From: Nitrospirota bacterium
GTDB lineage: Bacteria > Nitrospirota > UBA9217
Length of the DNA stretch: 64,000 bases
Direction: 5' to 3'
Assembly: GCA_963754875.1 (NCBI GenBank)
Contig: CAVWHO010000015.1
Coordinates: 64,001 to 128,000, forward strand
Shown here: positions 9,249-21,558 of the stretch, piece by piece
Layout of the letters: each line of letters starts with the position of its first letter
Position numbering within the stretch: the first letter of the stretch is position 1
The notes under the pieces: model-generated
The model's input: only the letters and a program-made list of their open reading frames with translations
Databases searched by the model: none
What the model was told of the DNA's origin: nothing
Position numbers and translations under genes: made by a program

Positions 9249-12200
9249 TATTCCTTATCCAGCGCCTCTCTCACCTTCCTGAGCAGGACCGTGGGTGAAA
9301 AGGGCTTCAGGATGACCTCTACCCCCTCTTCCAGCATACTCTTCTGTTGCACAAAGTCAGTCGGGTAGCCGCTCATGAACAGGATCCCAACGCCGGTTTT
9401 CCACTTTCGGATGGCATCATACACTTCCCCGCCGCTCATGCGCGGCATGATAACGTCGCACAAAACAAGCCGGATCCTGTTCCTATTCTCCAGGAATCGC
9501 TCAACAGCATCCTTACCGTCAACAGCAGTAATAACCGTATACCCGAAGCTCTCGAGCGTCGATTTTGCCAGCCCCCTCAGAGTCTCATCGTCTTCAGCCA
9601 CGAGAATGGTCTCTTTGCCCTGAAGGCGGTCCTCGGCCTCAGGCAGACTGCTTGCTCCCGCAGGGACCGAAGCTGTCGCGGCAAGGAGCGGCAGATAGAT
9701 TTTGAACGTCGTGCCCATCCTCGGTTCGCTGTAACAGTGGATGTAACCGTTGTGCTGTTTGATGATGCCGTAAACCATCGAAAGCCCAAGCCCCGTGCCC
9801 CTTCCCAGGTTCTTGGTCGTAAAAAAAGGCTCGAATATTTTTTCTCTCGTCTTTTCATCCATTCCGTTGCCGGTGTCCGTCACCGATAAGCGAACGTAAT
9901 TCTGCTTTTCGTTGCCTGGACCGGCGCCCAGCTCGTCCGGCCCCACGACGGTCGTTTCGATGGAGAGTTTCCCTCCCTGCTGCATGGCGTCGCGGGCGTT
10001 CGTGGCAAGGTTCATCAGGACCTGCTCGATCTGGCCCACGTCGGCATTCACGATGAGGTCTCCCGGTGCAAGCTCGGTCCGGAGGTCGATGTCCTCGCCG
10101 ATGATCCGCTGAAGCAGCATCTCGACCCTCCGGATGTTTTCATTGATATCCACGGGTTGAAGGTTGCTAATCTGCTTTCTGCTGAAGGTGAGGAGGCTCC
10201 GGGTCAGGCTTGCCGCCCGGTCCGTGCCGGCGAGAATCTGATCGAGATAGGGCCGTTGCGGATCGTCTGCGCTTATCTTCATTTGTAGGAGCGATGCATA
10301 GCCGATGATCGCGGACAGGATATTGTTGAAGTCATGGGCGATGCCACTCGTAAGCTGTCCCACTGCCTCCATTTTCTGGGCCTGGCGGAGCTGACCTTCC
10401 AGTTTCTTTTTCTCGGTAACGTCGACTATTATCCCGATGATCGCGGTCTTGCCCTGGTAATACGCTCTTGATCCGAAAATTTCAGCATGAATGACTTCTC
10501 CCGACTTCTTCAGGCCCCGCACTTCGTAACGGGTGAACGAGGAATCCGACGACGCCTGTCTTTCCGCGGCGTTTTCGATGATGTGCCGGTCCTCGGGCAC
10601 GGTAAGATCAAGCGGCCCCTTATGATCGACGATTTCGACGGACGAATAGCCGAACATTTCAGCAAACCGCGGGTTGACATACTTGAACACGTAATCCTGA
10701 ATGATGTAGATGCCGACCAGCGACTGCTCGGCCAGACTCCGGAACTTGCTTTCCGACTCCCGGAGCTGCTCCTCAAACTGCCGGTGTTCGGTGACGTCCG
10801 TCAGGATTTGCACGGACCCGGTCAACCTGCCGTCCGCGTCGAGGATCGGATCGATCGTGACGTTGAACCAGTGCATCTGCAGTCGCAGCATCATGGATTC
10901 CCTGCGCCGGGACTGCAGCATCAGGGTAAAAGCACAATCCGAACCCGGCTCCTCCGCGGGATGCACGATGTCCCAGTGGGTCTTGCCGAGGATCTGGTCC
11001 GGGGCCTGTTCAAGCAAATACAGCATAGCCCTGTTGCATCGCACGACTTTCCCGTTTTCATCGGAGATCATGATTGCGTCGTTCATTGCATCGAAGGTAT
11101 TGTCCCACAACCTGACGGACGCGCGCAGTTCCTCTTCCATGCGCTTACGTCCGGTAATGTCGGTAAACATGCCCAGCAACCGCTGTTCTCCGTTTAGTTC
11201 GATCAGTTCGGCCGAGATGAGCAGGCTGCCGATCTCGCCTGACTTCTTCCGAAACTTGGCTTCGAGATTCTTGACCCGTCCCTGTTCACGGAGCATCCTG
11301 ACCATTGCCTCGCGTTCTTCGCGGTAGACCCACAGCTTAAGATCATACGACGTACGACCGATAATCTCCTCGCGTGCATAGCCGTAGTTATTCAGGAATG
11401 AATCATTGACATCGTAGAATGTTCCGTCATCAAGGCCGGAGATCACAATCCCGATGGGACTGCTGTGAAACACCGTCGAAAAACGCGTCTCGCTCTGCCG
11501 CAGCGCATCTTCTGTGAGGAATTTCGCCAAGGCAACGGCAAGCTGGTCTGCCAATCTCTCCCACAGCCCGATCGTCTCAGGCGAGAAAACCCCTTTCCGG
11601 CGGTCGTTCAGCTGAAGGAGCCCCAGCCGTTGTTCTCCGAAACGCAGAGGGAGGAGGGCCACCGATTCGTATCCTTCGCCGTTGCATCGGTTCCGCGTAC
11701 GGGCCTGTCGGTCAGCTTCGGTTGTGCTGCGCAGCAGTTCCGTCGTGTTGTTCGTCCAGAAGCTCCCGTGCCGGGTGAAAAACGACTTCGAGGGATTGAA
11801 CCGACCGCAGATCACGTTGCCACACATGCATTCAATGACGGGATTCCCCTCGCTGTCTCTCATTACACAGTTGGCATTATCCTTGGCGCAGAGGCTGTTC
11901 TCGGCCAGGACGAACTCCTTCGGAAACCCGCGCGCTTCGAAGTAGGGGTAATCCTCCCCTTCCCGCAGACGAACGCCGACAGCCTCGCATCCGGATTGCT
12001 GCTGGAAGAACGTTGTCGCCGCCCGGATTAGTCCCCTCGTGTCCGTGCTCTCGTTCACGAACCGGAGAAATTCGATCGTTATTTCGCGTTCCTGTTCCGC
12101 CCGCTTTCGCTCGGTGATCACGTCGAAGACAACGACAAAGTATTCTTTTTGCTGACTGTACACCGATATCAGGAACCAGGTGCTCAAAGCCTCTACATGC

Positions 12201-12874
12201 ATCTCGAAACGCTCGGGCTTGCCCGTCAAGGCCACTCTCCCGTAAATCTCGAAAAGCCCGGGGTCAGCTTCGCGAATGCCCGGAATCACTTCCGTCACTT
12301 TTTTCCCAATGACGTTCTTCAGCCCCGTCAATCTTTCGAATGCGCTGTTCACATCAAGATAGACGAAGTCGTGCGGCCGGCCGTCCTCATAGAGCATCCT
12401 GCAATACGCGAATCCGTCGAGCATGTTCTCGAACAGCGAACGGTATCGTTCCTCGCTTCCGCGGAGCGCTTCTTCGGCCCGCCTGCGCTCTAAGCGTTCC
12501 TCCGCTTCCTTTAACGCCCTACGCACCGCCGGCGCAAGGCGGGAGAGGTGGTTCTTCAGGACGTAGTCCGTTGCGCCGCTCTTGAACGTTTCAGCGGCCC
12601 GATCCTCCCTGCTCGTTCCGGACACGAAAATGAACGGCACGACGGGATAGCGCTCCCGCGTCAATTGCAGTGCGGAAAGTCCGTCGAAGGACGGAAGCGT
12701 GTAATCAGCGAGTATGACGTCAAAACCGCCCTGTTCGAGCCGGGCCGCAAAGTCGTCCCTTGTGTTTACGCGATCAATGACGCAGGAAATCCCCTCCTCG
12801 TCGAGCTTCGCGTGAACGAGTTCGGCGTCGATCGCGCTGTCTTCCAGGTGTAAAATCCGCAAGGGCAGGTTCAT
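9248..12874 (-). CDS. Hybrid sensor kinase REC-PAS-GAF(Cys-rich)-PAS x3-HisKA-HATPase-REC
   Basis: ILHLED start, [28 protein letters not shown]-terminal ILVAEDD. Confidence 0.92.
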   Translation of the reverse strand: MNLPLRILHLEDSAIDAELVHAKLDEEGISCVIDRVNTRDDFAARLEQGGFDVILADYTLPSFDGLSALQLTRERYPVVPFIFVSGTSREDRAAETFKSGATDYVLKNHLSRLAPAVRRALKEAEERLERRRAEEALRGSEERYRSLFENMLDGFAYCRMLYEDGRPHDFVYLDVNSAFERLTGLKNVIGKKVTEVIPGIREADPGLFEIYGRVALTGKPERFEMHVEALSTWFLISVYSQQKEYFVVVFDVITERKRAEQEREITIEFLRFVNESTDTRGLIRAATTFFQQQSGCEAVGVRLREGEDYPYFEARGFPKEFVLAENSLCAKDNANCVMRDSEGNPVIECMCGNVICGRFNPSKSFFTRHGSFWTNNTTELLRSTTEADRQARTRNRCNGEGYESVALLPLRFGEQRLGLLQLNDRRKGVFSPETIGLWERLADQLAVALAKFLTEDALRQSETRFSTVFHSSPIGIVISGLDDGTFYDVNDSFLNNYGYAREEIIGRTSYDLKLWVYREEREAMVRMLREQGRVKNLEAKFRKKSGEIGSLLISAELIELNGEQRLLGMFTDITGRKRMEEELRASVRLWDNTFDAMNDAIMISDENGKVVRCNRAMLYLLEQAPDQILGKTHWDIVHPAEEPGSDCAFTLMLQSRRRESMMLRLQMHWFNVTIDPILDADGRLTGSVQILTDVTEHRQFEEQLRESESKFRSLAEQSLVGIYIIQDYVFKYVNPRFAEMFGYSSVEIVDHKGPLDLTVPEDRHIIENAAERQASSDSSFTRYEVRGLKKSGEVIHAEIFGSRAYYQGKTAIIGIIVDVTEKKKLEGQLRQAQKMEAVGQLTSGIAHDFNNILSAIIGYASLLQMKISADDPQRPYLDQILAGTDRAASLTRSLLTFSRKQISNLQPVDINENIRRVEMLLQRIIGEDIDLRTELAPGDLIVNADVGQIEQVLMNLATNARDAMQQGGKLSIETTVVGPDELGAGPGNEKQNYVRLSVTDTGNGMDEKTREKIFEPFFTTKNLGRGTGLGLSMVYGIIKQHNGYIHCYSEPRMGTTFKIYLPLLAATASVPAGASSLPEAEDRLQGKETILVAEDDETLRGLAKSTLESFGYTVITAVDGKDAVERFLENRNRIRLVLCDVIMPRMSGGEVYDAIRKWKTGVGILFMSGYPTDFVQQKSMLEEGVEVILKPFSPTVLLRKVREALDKE

Positions 12875-13203
12875 TTCACGTCCTTTCCCCGACCGTGAGC
12901 CATGCTGCGTCCCTTTCCGGTGACCGTCCGGCACCGGGCAGTACTTCGTTTAAAACCGCCTGCCGATTCTGCTTGCCAACGAGCCGTCGAGGCATGGGGC
13001 GAGGCGTGTGCGAGCAGCGAGGCCCCGAGCGCCATGAAGGTAAGGCTGGTCGGCGCCGCGGGCGGGATGACGGAACTGTCGTCGAAAAGAGCGACAGTTC
13101 CGATGCCGGCTGCAAGGAGAAGGAGGCTGAGTATGGTTATCAGATATTGATACGAGGGGAACGGGAACGAAGGAGCGGTATCTGTCGGTCGTACAGACAT
13201 CAT
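12871..13203 (-). CDS. Hypothetical protein with two hydrophobic segments; possibly a truncated membrane sensor remnant
   Basis: YLITILSLLLLAAGIGTVAL...APTSLTFMALGASLL. Its stop overlaps the kinase start. Confidence 0.35.
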   Translation of the reverse strand: MMSVRPTDTAPSFPFPSYQYLITILSLLLLAAGIGTVALFDDSSVIPPAAPTSLTFMALGASLLAHASPHASTARWQAESAGGFKRSTARCRTVTGKGRSMAHGRGKDVK

Positions 13204-13585
13204 ATTAATCTTCCTGACGGGTCGCATGAATGATAATAATGAAACGGTGATAGTCACGGCGCATCATTCGACGAAAAGACTATAACAAACTATAGCAAAA
13301 TTTGGAGTGCTTAACTGCAAAAAAGCGGGGTATTTTAAGGGTATGCCGGGTTGTCAGTTTATTTTTTATCTGCAAAACAATAAAAACGCCGTTGATTACT
13401 TGAGTGGAGCCTCTCAGGCAGGAGCCGGGGGATTGCAAGTCGCGGGATCGAATCAACATATACTCTTTTCTTGAAGCTTCCATTCGGCCTGGATTGCTCA
13501 GATGCTCCTTCGCCCCTCTCTGCACGCAGTGATATCAGTGCTCTCCTATCCATGCATGACTATCTGCGGCACATCACGCAAAACT

Positions 13586-13612
13586 TAAGTTTGGGCCTGT
13601 TCCTGCCGATAA
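13586..13612 (+). promoter_or_regulatory. sigma28 promoter of the 13649-19053 signalling operon
   Basis: TAAG-N15-GCCGATAA. Confidence 0.8.
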
Positions 13613-13648
13613 GAAGGGTACAGGTTTGAATGAAAAGGAGAATTACCC

Positions 13649-16576
13649 GTGAGCGCCCCGCTGCCTTCCCCTTCCAACGCAGAAACGCAGGACATGCGGC
13701 CCCTCCGCAGCATCATTGAATCAGGCGAAGCATGGCTCGTGAACCGCATCCTCAACTACGCGAAACAGAGGGACTATGTAAAGTATACCTCCACGCTTGT
13801 CGAAGCTTGGCGAGCATCCATTGCGGGTTTATCTTCCGCACTCCTCCAGATCATCGATGCCGGCGCCGTATGCCCGGAGCCCGGTCCCGACGAGGACTTT
13901 ACGAAAGACCCGCCGGCCTTGTTCGGCATTATCGAGGCGCAAAAGCACCGCTCCCGCGGGGGCGCCATCGGCATGTTCCTCGGCCTGATGAAGTATTACC
14001 GTCAGAGCTATCTTGACCTGGTACGTCAGGCGGAACTGGACCAGGAGAAAAAGAACGACTATGCGGTGTTTATCGGCCGCTGCTTTGACCGCATCGAACT
14101 CGGTTATGCCTCGGCATGGTGCACCCAAACGAACAATGAGACCGTGACCGATCTGCGGGCCGCCAACCATTCGCTCACCCATGAAAAGAACCTTTACTTA
14201 GCCCTGTTCGAAAGCATGCCCGATCCCGCCATTCTGTTCAATGAGAGGCACGAGCTGATCAGCGCCAATCACGCTGCCATGCAATTGCTTTCGGCAGATG
14301 CGGCTTCCGGCGAAACATATTACGGACCGGCGTCGGATCTTCCACTCGCCTTTCCCGCATGGGTGAATGCGCTGCCGGACCGGCTGTCTCCGGAAACCGG
14401 GGAATCCAGTTTTACGAAGCGGATCAATAGCGCCGGTGGTGTTCTTTTTTTTGAAATCCGCCTTAGGCGCATACTCGACGTCAGCGGCAAGTTCTCCGGC
14501 TTGATGGCGGTCCTGAAGGACATTACCTTGCGTGAACAGACGCAGGAAGCGCTGGGAAAATCAGAGGAGGCATTTCGCGCCCTCTTTGAGAGCTCCCGTG
14601 ACGCGATCATGCTTCTGGACCGGAAAGGGTTCTTTGACTGCAACAAAACGACCCTCGATCTTTTCGGATGCACGACGAAAGAGCAATTTGTATCCAAACA
14701 GCCGAGCGACCTGTCTCCGCCCCTGCAGCCCGACGGTCGGGAATCCCTTGCTGTAGCCCAAGAACGCATCGAAGCCGCGTATGCCGAGGGCGTCCAGTTT
14801 TTCGAATGGATACACCAACGTATGGATGGTTCGACGTTTCCCGCGGAAGTGCTCCTCAGCCGTTTTGACCTCGGTGAAAAAACCGTATTACAGGCAGTCG
14901 TCCGCGACATCTCCGCGCGAAAAAAAGCGGGAAAAACTCTCCGTGACGGCCAGCACGCCCTCCAGCAGAAGTATGCGGAACTGAATCGCGTGTTTACCCT
15001 TGTTGAGACAGCCAAGCGCGAATGGGAACGGACCATGGACTGCGTTGACGACATGGTGCTTCTCGCGGACTCGGGTGGAAGGATCAGGCGTTGCAACAAG
15101 GCATTGGCGCAATTCATCGGCAGACCGTACGATAAAATTCTCGGAGAAGACTGGACATCGCTGCTCAACGAACACGAAATCGAAGTTGAAAAGCAATTTG
15201 AAAAAAACGGCGACGTCTTTCATAAACCGTCGGACCGGTGGTTCACCGTGAATTCGTATCCCGTCACCGGCATCAGCGCCGACGCCGGCGCGGGCTTTGT
15301 CGTTACGTTTCATGATTTTACGGCGCGAAAAAAAATGACCCATACCCTCGAACAGAAAAATCGGGAGATCGAGGAACATCGGCAAGCCCTCCAATCGGCG
15401 CTCAATGAACTTTCAAACCTGATCCAGCAGGCAGAGAGCGAACAGACGTTCGCGGTCCGGTTCAAAAATCCGCATCTCGCCACCTGTCATGAAATGACGT
15501 CCTGTACCGAGGAAGCATGCCTGTGTCACGGAAAAGAGGCGATGCGGTGCTGGCAGATCGCCGGGACCCATTGCGGCGGGAAGGTCCAGACCGCCGGTGC
15601 ACAGAAGCTCAGCAACTGCAGCAACTGCACGGTATTTAAGGCAGCAACCGCAAATCCCATTTACCAGATTGGCGAGCACTTTAACAACATGATGCACATT
15701 CTCGACCTCAAGAACAGGGAGCTCCGAAACGCCTATTCGGAGCTGCAGACGACGCAGGCAAAGATCGTTCAGCAGGAAAAAATGGCGTCCATCGGCCAGC
15801 TTGCCGCGGGTGTGGCGCACGAGATCAACAATCCCATGGGGTTCATCTTGAGCAACCTGGGGACACTCGACAAATATCTGTCACGGCTCATCGAATATTC
15901 GAGCGTCCTTGCCGGTGTTGCCTCGGGGCTGCACGACATCGCCGTCGACGAACGTCTTGCAGCGGAACGCAAGCGGCTTAAGATCGGCATCATCATGGAT
16001 GACGCGAAGAAACTGGTTGCCGAGTCTCTGGACGGCGCAGAACGGGTCAAAGTCATCGTTCAGAACCTCAAGAGCTTCTCACGCGTAGACCAGGGCCAGG
16101 CCATCAGCGCCGACGTCAACGAGTGCATCGAGACGACGCTCAATATCGTCTGGAACGAACTGAAGTACAAGGCCGCGGTCAATAAGGAATACGGCGTGCT
16201 GCCGCGCATCTGGTGCTACCCGCAGCAGCTCAACCAGGTGTTCATGAACCTGCTCGTGAACGCGGCCCATGCCATCGACCGGCAGGGCGTCATCACGATC
16301 CGCACCTGGGTGGACGCGGGAAGCATCTTTGCTTCCATAGCCGATACGGGCTGCGGCATACCGCCGAAAAACCTGACAAGGATTTTCGAGCCATTTTTCA
16401 CTACGAAAGAGGTCGGCAAAGGCACGGGCCTCGGTCTCTCAATAACCTACGACATCATCAAAAAGCACAATGGCGTTATCAACGTGCAGAGCGACCCGGG
16501 CAAGGGAACGGTATTTACGATCGAACTCCCGATTAAGACCGCGTATGCTCCCGTTGCAAAGGAGAGCGTCGTATGA
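13649..16576 (+). CDS. Cytoplasmic multi-PAS histidine kinase with a two-CW-like Cys-rich domain
   Basis: Three PAS domains, CHEMTSC...[12 protein letters not shown]...[27 protein letters not shown]. Confidence 0.9.
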   Translation: MSAPLPSPSNAETQDMRPLRSIIESGEAWLVNRILNYAKQRDYVKYTSTLVEAWRASIAGLSSALLQIIDAGAVCPEPGPDEDFTKDPPALFGIIEAQKHRSRGGAIGMFLGLMKYYRQSYLDLVRQAELDQEKKNDYAVFIGRCFDRIELGYASAWCTQTNNETVTDLRAANHSLTHEKNLYLALFESMPDPAILFNERHELISANHAAMQLLSADAASGETYYGPASDLPLAFPAWVNALPDRLSPETGESSFTKRINSAGGVLFFEIRLRRILDVSGKFSGLMAVLKDITLREQTQEALGKSEEAFRALFESSRDAIMLLDRKGFFDCNKTTLDLFGCTTKEQFVSKQPSDLSPPLQPDGRESLAVAQERIEAAYAEGVQFFEWIHQRMDGSTFPAEVLLSRFDLGEKTVLQAVVRDISARKKAGKTLRDGQHALQQKYAELNRVFTLVETAKREWERTMDCVDDMVLLADSGGRIRRCNKALAQFIGRPYDKILGEDWTSLLNEHEIEVEKQFEKNGDVFHKPSDRWFTVNSYPVTGISADAGAGFVVTFHDFTARKKMTHTLEQKNREIEEHRQALQSALNELSNLIQQAESEQTFAVRFKNPHLATCHEMTSCTEEACLCHGKEAMRCWQIAGTHCGGKVQTAGAQKLSNCSNCTVFKAATANPIYQIGEHFNNMMHILDLKNRELRNAYSELQTTQAKIVQQEKMASIGQLAAGVAHEINNPMGFILSNLGTLDKYLSRLIEYSSVLAGVASGLHDIAVDERLAAERKRLKIGIIMDDAKKLVAESLDGAERVKVIVQNLKSFSRVDQGQAISADVNECIETTLNIVWNELKYKAAVNKEYGVLPRIWCYPQQLNQVFMNLLVNAAHAIDRQGVITIRTWVDAGSIFASIADTGCGIPPKNLTRIFEPFFTTKEVGKGTGLGLSITYDIIKKHNGVINVQSDPGKGTVFTIELPIKTAYAPVAKESVV

Positions 16577-16775
16577 CCCGCAGCATACTGTTCGTTGATG
16601 ACGAACCGGGCGCGCTCGCCTCGCTGCAGCGGACCTTTCTGATCGTCCCTATCGCAAAGGACTGCCGCGCGAAGCGCGCGTCGCACTCATGCAGGAATTG
16701 AAGGGTTCGCTGCTCGACCCGCGGATTGCAGGCATTTTTTTTCAAATCATCGGCCGACAAAAGGAGGCGCCATGA
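16573..16775 (+). pseudogene. Internally deleted REC-HD-GYP gene
   Basis: [22 protein letters not shown] is joined out of frame to SDRPYRKGLPRE...KGSLLDPRIAGIFFQII..*. Both ends overlap neighbours by ATGA. Confidence 0.75.
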
Positions 16776-17266
16776 CGGAGCCCGTCACGTTGCTGTTCGT
16801 GGACGACGAGATCAACATCCTCCGGTCCGTGGAGCGGATGTTTCTTGACGAGAACTATCATATTGTGACCGCGGGGTCCGGCGCGGAGGCCCTCCGGATC
16901 CTCGAGTCTGGGTCGCCGGTCCACGTAGTTGTTTCCGACTACCGGATGCCGGGCATGAACGGCGTGGAGCTGCTGCGGACAATCCACCACCGGTGGCCGG
17001 ACACGGTGAGGATCGTGTTGTCCGGCTATTCGGACACCGCCGCAGTCGTGTCCGCGATCAACGAAGGGGGAATATTCAAGTTCATCGCAAAACCCTGGAA
17101 CGAGGACGACCTGAAAATCACCATTGCGAACGCGGCCACGCTGTATTTTCTCCAGAAGAGGGTCTCGGAGCTGGTGCGGGAAGTGAAGGACAAGAACGAG
17201 CTTATCGCGCGGCTCCAGGACCAGTTGCACGCCGCGGCAACGCAGCACGGAGGGGGAGCGTCATGA
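16772..17266 (+). CDS. Response regulator (receiver plus coiled coil)
   Basis: LLFVDDE, SDYRMPGMNG, LSGY, FIAKPW. Confidence 0.9.
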   Translation: MTEPVTLLFVDDEINILRSVERMFLDENYHIVTAGSGAEALRILESGSPVHVVVSDYRMPGMNGVELLRTIHHRWPDTVRIVLSGYSDTAAVVSAINEGGIFKFIAKPWNEDDLKITIANAATLYFLQKRVSELVREVKDKNELIARLQDQLHAAATQHGGGAS

Positions 17267-18576
17267 ACACGGGCGTCCGGCCAGTCCAGGTCCTGTTCGT
17301 GGACGACGAAGAGAACATTCTCAATGCGGTCAAGCGGCTGCTCATGGACGAGCCTTGCGAGATCGTTACCGCGAATTCCGGGGCGGCGGGCCTCGACGTT
17401 CTGAGGAAGAACCCGGGGATCGGGGTCATTGTTTCCGACCAGCGCATGCCCGGCATGTCGGGGGCCGAATTCCTCGAGAAAAGCCAGGGGCCCAATCCGC
17501 ATGCAACGCGTCTTATCTTGACGGGGTACGCGGACATTACGGCCGCCGTGGACGCCATCAACAGGGGCGGCGCGTGGAAATACCTGGCAAAGCCTTGGAA
17601 GGACGACGAACTTGTGCAGACCATCAGGGACGCGGCCGAGCGTTTTACGGTGCTCGGCGAAAACCGGCGGCTGACCGAGATTGTGAACCGGCAGAACGAC
17701 GAACTCAAAAAATGGAATGCCGAACTCGAACTGTACGTCCAGCAGCAGACGCTGGATATCCAGAAAAAGAATAAAGTTCTCGAGGAGCTGAACGAGCGGC
17801 AGCGGAACCGGTTTTCCGAAAGCATCCAGGCTTTGGCGGGGCTGATCGAACTTCGTGATAAGGGGATGCTGAACCATTCCCGCAACGTGGCGAAACTGGC
17901 CGGGCGGCTTGCGGCTGACCTGAAGCTGTCGGCCCAGGAGAGCGAAACCATCACTACGGCGGCCATGCTGCACGACATCGGCAAACTCGGCATCGCCGAT
18001 GTGATCCTTGCCCGTGATGAGGCCGATCTGTCTGGCGATGAGCAGAAGGAATACATGGCACACGGTGTGCGCGGCCAGACCGCGTTGGACGCGGTGGAGG
18101 GCCTTCGCGGCGCGGGACTCCTCATCCGGCACCATCACGAGGCGTTCAACGGCGCCGGTTTTCCCGACGGACTGAAAGGAGAAGCCATTCCGCTCGGCGC
18201 AAGGATCATTGCTGCCGCCGATTACGTGGACCGGGCGATCGCCAAATCGCCGTCGGGTAACGCCGTGGAGTCCGCACTTTCACTCCTGCGGGGGGAGGTC
18301 GGCAGGCGGCTCGATCCGCAGCTTGCGCCGCTTGTCGCAACTGCCGCCCGGGAGCTTTTTGCCGAGCTCTCCCTGCCTGGGGAAACCAGAGAATTGGAAC
18401 TGCTGCCCACGGACCTGAAAGAAGGCATGGTCATTTCGCGCAACCTGCTGAGCGGCACCGGCGTGCTGATCCTGGGAAAAGGCATCACGCTGACGAAAAA
18501 GAACCTTGCGTCCCTGGTCCGCTATTTTCACAACGATCCGCCCAAGGGCGGTGTATTCGTCAACATCAAGAGGTGA
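17263..18576 (+). CDS. REC-HD-GYP-like protein (GFP variant of the GYP motif)
   Basis: VLFVDDE, SDQRMP, LHDIGKLG, HHEAFNGAGFPDGL. True start is ATG 17263. Confidence 0.87.
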   Translation: MNTGVRPVQVLFVDDEENILNAVKRLLMDEPCEIVTANSGAAGLDVLRKNPGIGVIVSDQRMPGMSGAEFLEKSQGPNPHATRLILTGYADITAAVDAINRGGAWKYLAKPWKDDELVQTIRDAAERFTVLGENRRLTEIVNRQNDELKKWNAELELYVQQQTLDIQKKNKVLEELNERQRNRFSESIQALAGLIELRDKGMLNHSRNVAKLAGRLAADLKLSAQESETITTAAMLHDIGKLGIADVILARDEADLSGDEQKEYMAHGVRGQTALDAVEGLRGAGLLIRHHHEAFNGAGFPDGLKGEAIPLGARIIAAADYVDRAIAKSPSGNAVESALSLLRGEVGRRLDPQLAPLVATAARELFAELSLPGETRELELLPTDLKEGMVISRNLLSGTGVLILGKGITLTKKNLASLVRYFHNDPPKGGVFVNIKR

Positions 18577-18579
18577 GCT

Positions 18580-19053
18580 GTGATAGAGTTCGATGAGCTC
18601 GGAAAACGCATGGTCCCGAAGCTCGTATACTACGGCCCGGCGCTGTCCGGCAAAACCACGAACCTGTTGCAGCTCCATGATCTGCTCGCGAAGCGCGGAC
18701 GCGGTGACCTGATGGTGCACGACACGAAGGACGACCGGGGACGATTTTTTTCGGCATGCAAAGAATCGGACCTCATGGCCAGGGCGGGAGGAATGAAGAC
18801 GCTTCTCGACGACGGCAGTGAGAAGGTTCGCGGCGGCGAAACGACCTTGGAGGAACTTCTTCGGGTGATCGGGCCTCAAACGAAACCGGAGCGGACCTGC
18901 GAGGGATGCGGCAAGGGGGTTGATTCACGGTTTGCTTTTTGCCCCTATTGCAGCATGGCCAAGAGTAATTTTTGCGGAAAGTGCATGATCGTTCTGGATG
19001 AGGACTGGCCCGTCTGTCCGTCCTGCGGCATGCCGAAGGGAGGGGTGCGATAG
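18580..19053 (+). pseudogene. In-frame chimera: MglA-like small GTPase N-terminus fused to GspE/PilB-type ATPase C-terminus with double zinc ribbon
   Basis: KLVYYGPALSGKTTNL...TKDDR, then GMKTLLDDGSEKVRGGETTLEELLRV and four CxxC pairs. Confidence 0.7.
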
Positions 19054-19193
19054 CTGATTGCTGCTTGTTTGGCAGGGAACGATTGAAGCTTTTTTTTGGA
19101 AAGCCTGCATCCAGCGGGCCCGGCGTTTCACCCATCGCGTCACGCGGCCTTACTTACCATTCGCACTGCATTGGTCCTTTCTTTACCCGGGTT

Positions 19194-19871
19194 TTATTTC
19201 TTATCAGCCCGCGGTTCGCACGCCGTATGGCGGATGACCTTCCCCTTGACCATATACACGACCATTTCCGCGATATTGGTGGCATGGTCGGCAATCCGCT
19301 CCAGATACTTCGTAATGTAAGTGAGGCGCACGGCGCGTGAAATATTTTGGGGGTCTTTGAGCATATACACAAGCAGTTCGTTGAAGATCTGACGGTTCAG
19401 ATTGTCGACAAAATCATCGGCCGCGCATACGCTGACCGCAAGATCGGCATCGCCGGCTACGAATGCGTCAAGGCTGTCCTTGAGCATTTTCTGGGAAGCC
19501 TCGGCCATGCGCGGAAGGTCGATATAGGGTTTGAGCGGGGGCTCCTCGTTCAGTTCTATGGCCCGCTCGCAGATGTCGACGGCGAGATCTCCCATACGCT
19601 CGAGGTCGGTGATGATCTTGATGGCGGTGGTAACGAAGCGGAGATTGCTGCCCGTCGGCTGCCAGATGGCGATGAAGCGGATGCATTCTTCCTCGATTTC
19701 GACGTCATAGTTATTGACTACGGCGTCGCCGTCTAAGACCTCTTGCGCCGCGCTTCTGTCCCGCTCGACCAGGGCTTTGACGGACTTCCTGATGGACTCT
19801 TCGACAAGGCCGCCCATAGCGAGCACTCGTTCCTTGAGAGTTTCGAGATCCTGTTCTTTCTGTATGGCCAT
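19194..19871 (-). CDS. phoU: Phosphate transport regulator PhoU
   Basis: DLERMGD and YLERIADHATNIAE repeats; follows pstB. Confidence 0.96.
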   Translation of the reverse strand: MAIQKEQDLETLKERVLAMGGLVEESIRKSVKALVERDRSAAQEVLDGDAVVNNYDVEIEEECIRFIAIWQPTGSNLRFVTTAIKIITDLERMGDLAVDICERAIELNEEPPLKPYIDLPRMAEASQKMLKDSLDAFVAGDADLAVSVCAADDFVDNLNRQIFNELLVYMLKDPQNISRAVRLTYITKYLERIADHATNIAEMVVYMVKGKVIRHTACEPRADKK

Positions 19872-19954
19872 GGCAACTCCTTATGATGGTTCAACATGCA
19901 ATATTCACTACAGAATCAATTCCACACTCCGCATTTCCACATTCCGAATTCTCA

Positions 19955-20719
19955 TCATCCAAACCGTCCGGTAATGTAATCGTCGGTCTGCTTATTGTCC
20001 GGATTGGTGAAAATTTTCTCCGTGGTACCGTATTCGATGAGCTCGCCCATGTACAGAAACCCCGTCATGTCCGACACCCGCGCCGCCTGTTGCATATTAT
20101 GGGTGACGATGATGATCGTAACGTCCTTTTTCAGGGACACGACGAGTTCCTCGATCTTGGCCGTCGAAATAGGGTCCAACGCCGAAGTGGGCTCGTCAAA
20201 GAGGAGGACCTCGGGCGAAACGGCCAGGGCCCGCGCAATGACGAGCCGCTGCTGCTGTCCGCCCGATAGCTCATAGGCGCTCTCGTTCAATTTGTCCCTG
20301 ACTTCCGTCCAAAGCGCGGCGTGTTTGAGCGCTTCCTCGACACGTCCTACGAGTTCGGATCTATTCCTGATGCCTTTCAGCCTGAGGCCGTATGCTATGT
20401 TTTCAGCAATGCTCATCGGAAAGGGCGTCGGTTTCTGGAATACCATGCCGATGCGACTGCGAAGGTTGATAAGATCTACGTCGTTTGCCAGGATATTTTT
20501 CTCCTGGAAATGGATCTCCCCCTCATACCGGTGTTTCGGGTACAAGTCGTGCATCCGGTTGAAACAACGAAGCAGCGTGGTCTTGCCGCACCCGGAAGGA
20601 CCGATCAGGGCCGTCACCTTGTTCTTATAGACCGGCAGCGATATGCCCTGGAGAGCTTGGGCGTCTCCGTTGTAGTAAAAATCGAGGTTTTTGACCTCGA
20701 TCTCGATCGTCACAGTCAC
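19955..20719 (-). CDS. pstB: Phosphate ABC transporter ATPase
   Basis: [43 protein letters not shown]. Confidence 0.97.
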   Translation of the reverse strand: MTVTIEIEVKNLDFYYNGDAQALQGISLPVYKNKVTALIGPSGCGKTTLLRCFNRMHDLYPKHRYEGEIHFQEKNILANDVDLINLRSRIGMVFQKPTPFPMSIAENIAYGLRLKGIRNRSELVGRVEEALKHAALWTEVRDKLNESAYELSGGQQQRLVIARALAVSPEVLLFDEPTSALDPISTAKIEELVVSLKKDVTIIIVTHNMQQAARVSDMTGFLYMGELIEYGTTEKIFTNPDNKQTDDYITGRFG

Positions 20720-21558
20720 CGCTTATACCTCCACTTTAATATAAGTCTTCCGGCAATGGTAAGCATAAGGATGAAGAGGGTCACGACTAACGCCGCGCCC
20801 CATGCCTGTTCATGCCAGCTTTTATAGGGCCCCATGGCATACTGAAAAATCGTGACCGTTAGCGATGCAATCGGCCTGTTCATGTCTGCTGAGAAAAAAT
20901 TGTTATTGAACGACGTAAAGAGGAGCGGCGCTGTTTCGCCTGCCACGCGGGCGATGGACAGGAGAATGCCGGTCAGAATGCCTGTGGCGGCCCCGCGGTA
21001 AACGACCTGGATGATCACCTTGTAATAGGGGGCCCCCAGCGCAAAGGCGGCTTCCCGCAGCGTCCAGGGCACCAGCGACAGCATGTCCTCCGTTGTTCGG
21101 AGGACCACCGGGATCATGATGATCGAAAGGGCAAACGCCCCTGCCCAGCCGCTGAAATGATGGAGCGGTCTGACAAGAATCGCATAAACGAAAGCACCGA
21201 CAACAATGGATGGAACGCTGACCATAATGTCGGAAATAACGCTGATGATCCTCGCGATCTTCTTTCCCCGCGCATACTCGGCCAGGAACGTCCCTCCCAG
21301 GACGCCGACGGGCACTCCGATCAGGGTGGCGGCCAGGGTGATCATCAACTGCCCGATGAAAGCGTTTCTGAGGCCGCCGCCTGCGTCTCCCGCGGGAGCC
21401 GGGTCGTTAAAGAACAGGCTGAGGTGCAGAGCACCTAGGCCATGGATGAGAACGTCGCTCAGAATATAGATAAGCCAGAAAAGACCTACCGCGGCGGCAA
21501 GGCCGGACAGCGTGAGCGCGATGAAGCTTTCTATTTTTCTTTTTTTCTCGATGTTCAT
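20716..21558 (-). CDS. pstA: Phosphate ABC transporter permease
   Basis: [25 protein letters not shown]. Confidence 0.95.
   Translation of the reverse strand: MNIEKKRKIESFIALTLSGLAAAVGLFWLIYILSDVLIHGLGALHLSLFFNDPAPAGDAGGGLRNAFIGQLMITLAATLIGVPVGVLGGTFLAEYARGKKIARIISVISDIMVSVPSIVVGAFVYAILVRPLHHFSGWAGAFALSIIMIPVVLRTTEDMLSLVPWTLREAAFALGAPYYKVIIQVVYRGAATGILTGILLSIARVAGETAPLLFTSFNNNFFSADMNRPIASLTVTIFQYAMGPYKSWHEQAWGAALVVTLFILMLTIAGRLILKWRYKR

Noticed and set aside
13400..13550. GGAGAG, GAAGGAGCA and CTCTCAGG words reminiscent of a glycine riboswitch
   Set aside because: The motifs fall on opposite strands and the adjacent genes are unrelated.
16734..16760. GCCGACAA as a possible sigma28 -10
   Set aside because: No TAAA-like -35 at 15 nt, and it lies within the HD-GYP remnant.
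16993..17262. N-terminal extension of the 527-aa ORF
   Set aside because: Overlaps the upstream response regulator. ATG 17263 with an RBS is the credible start.
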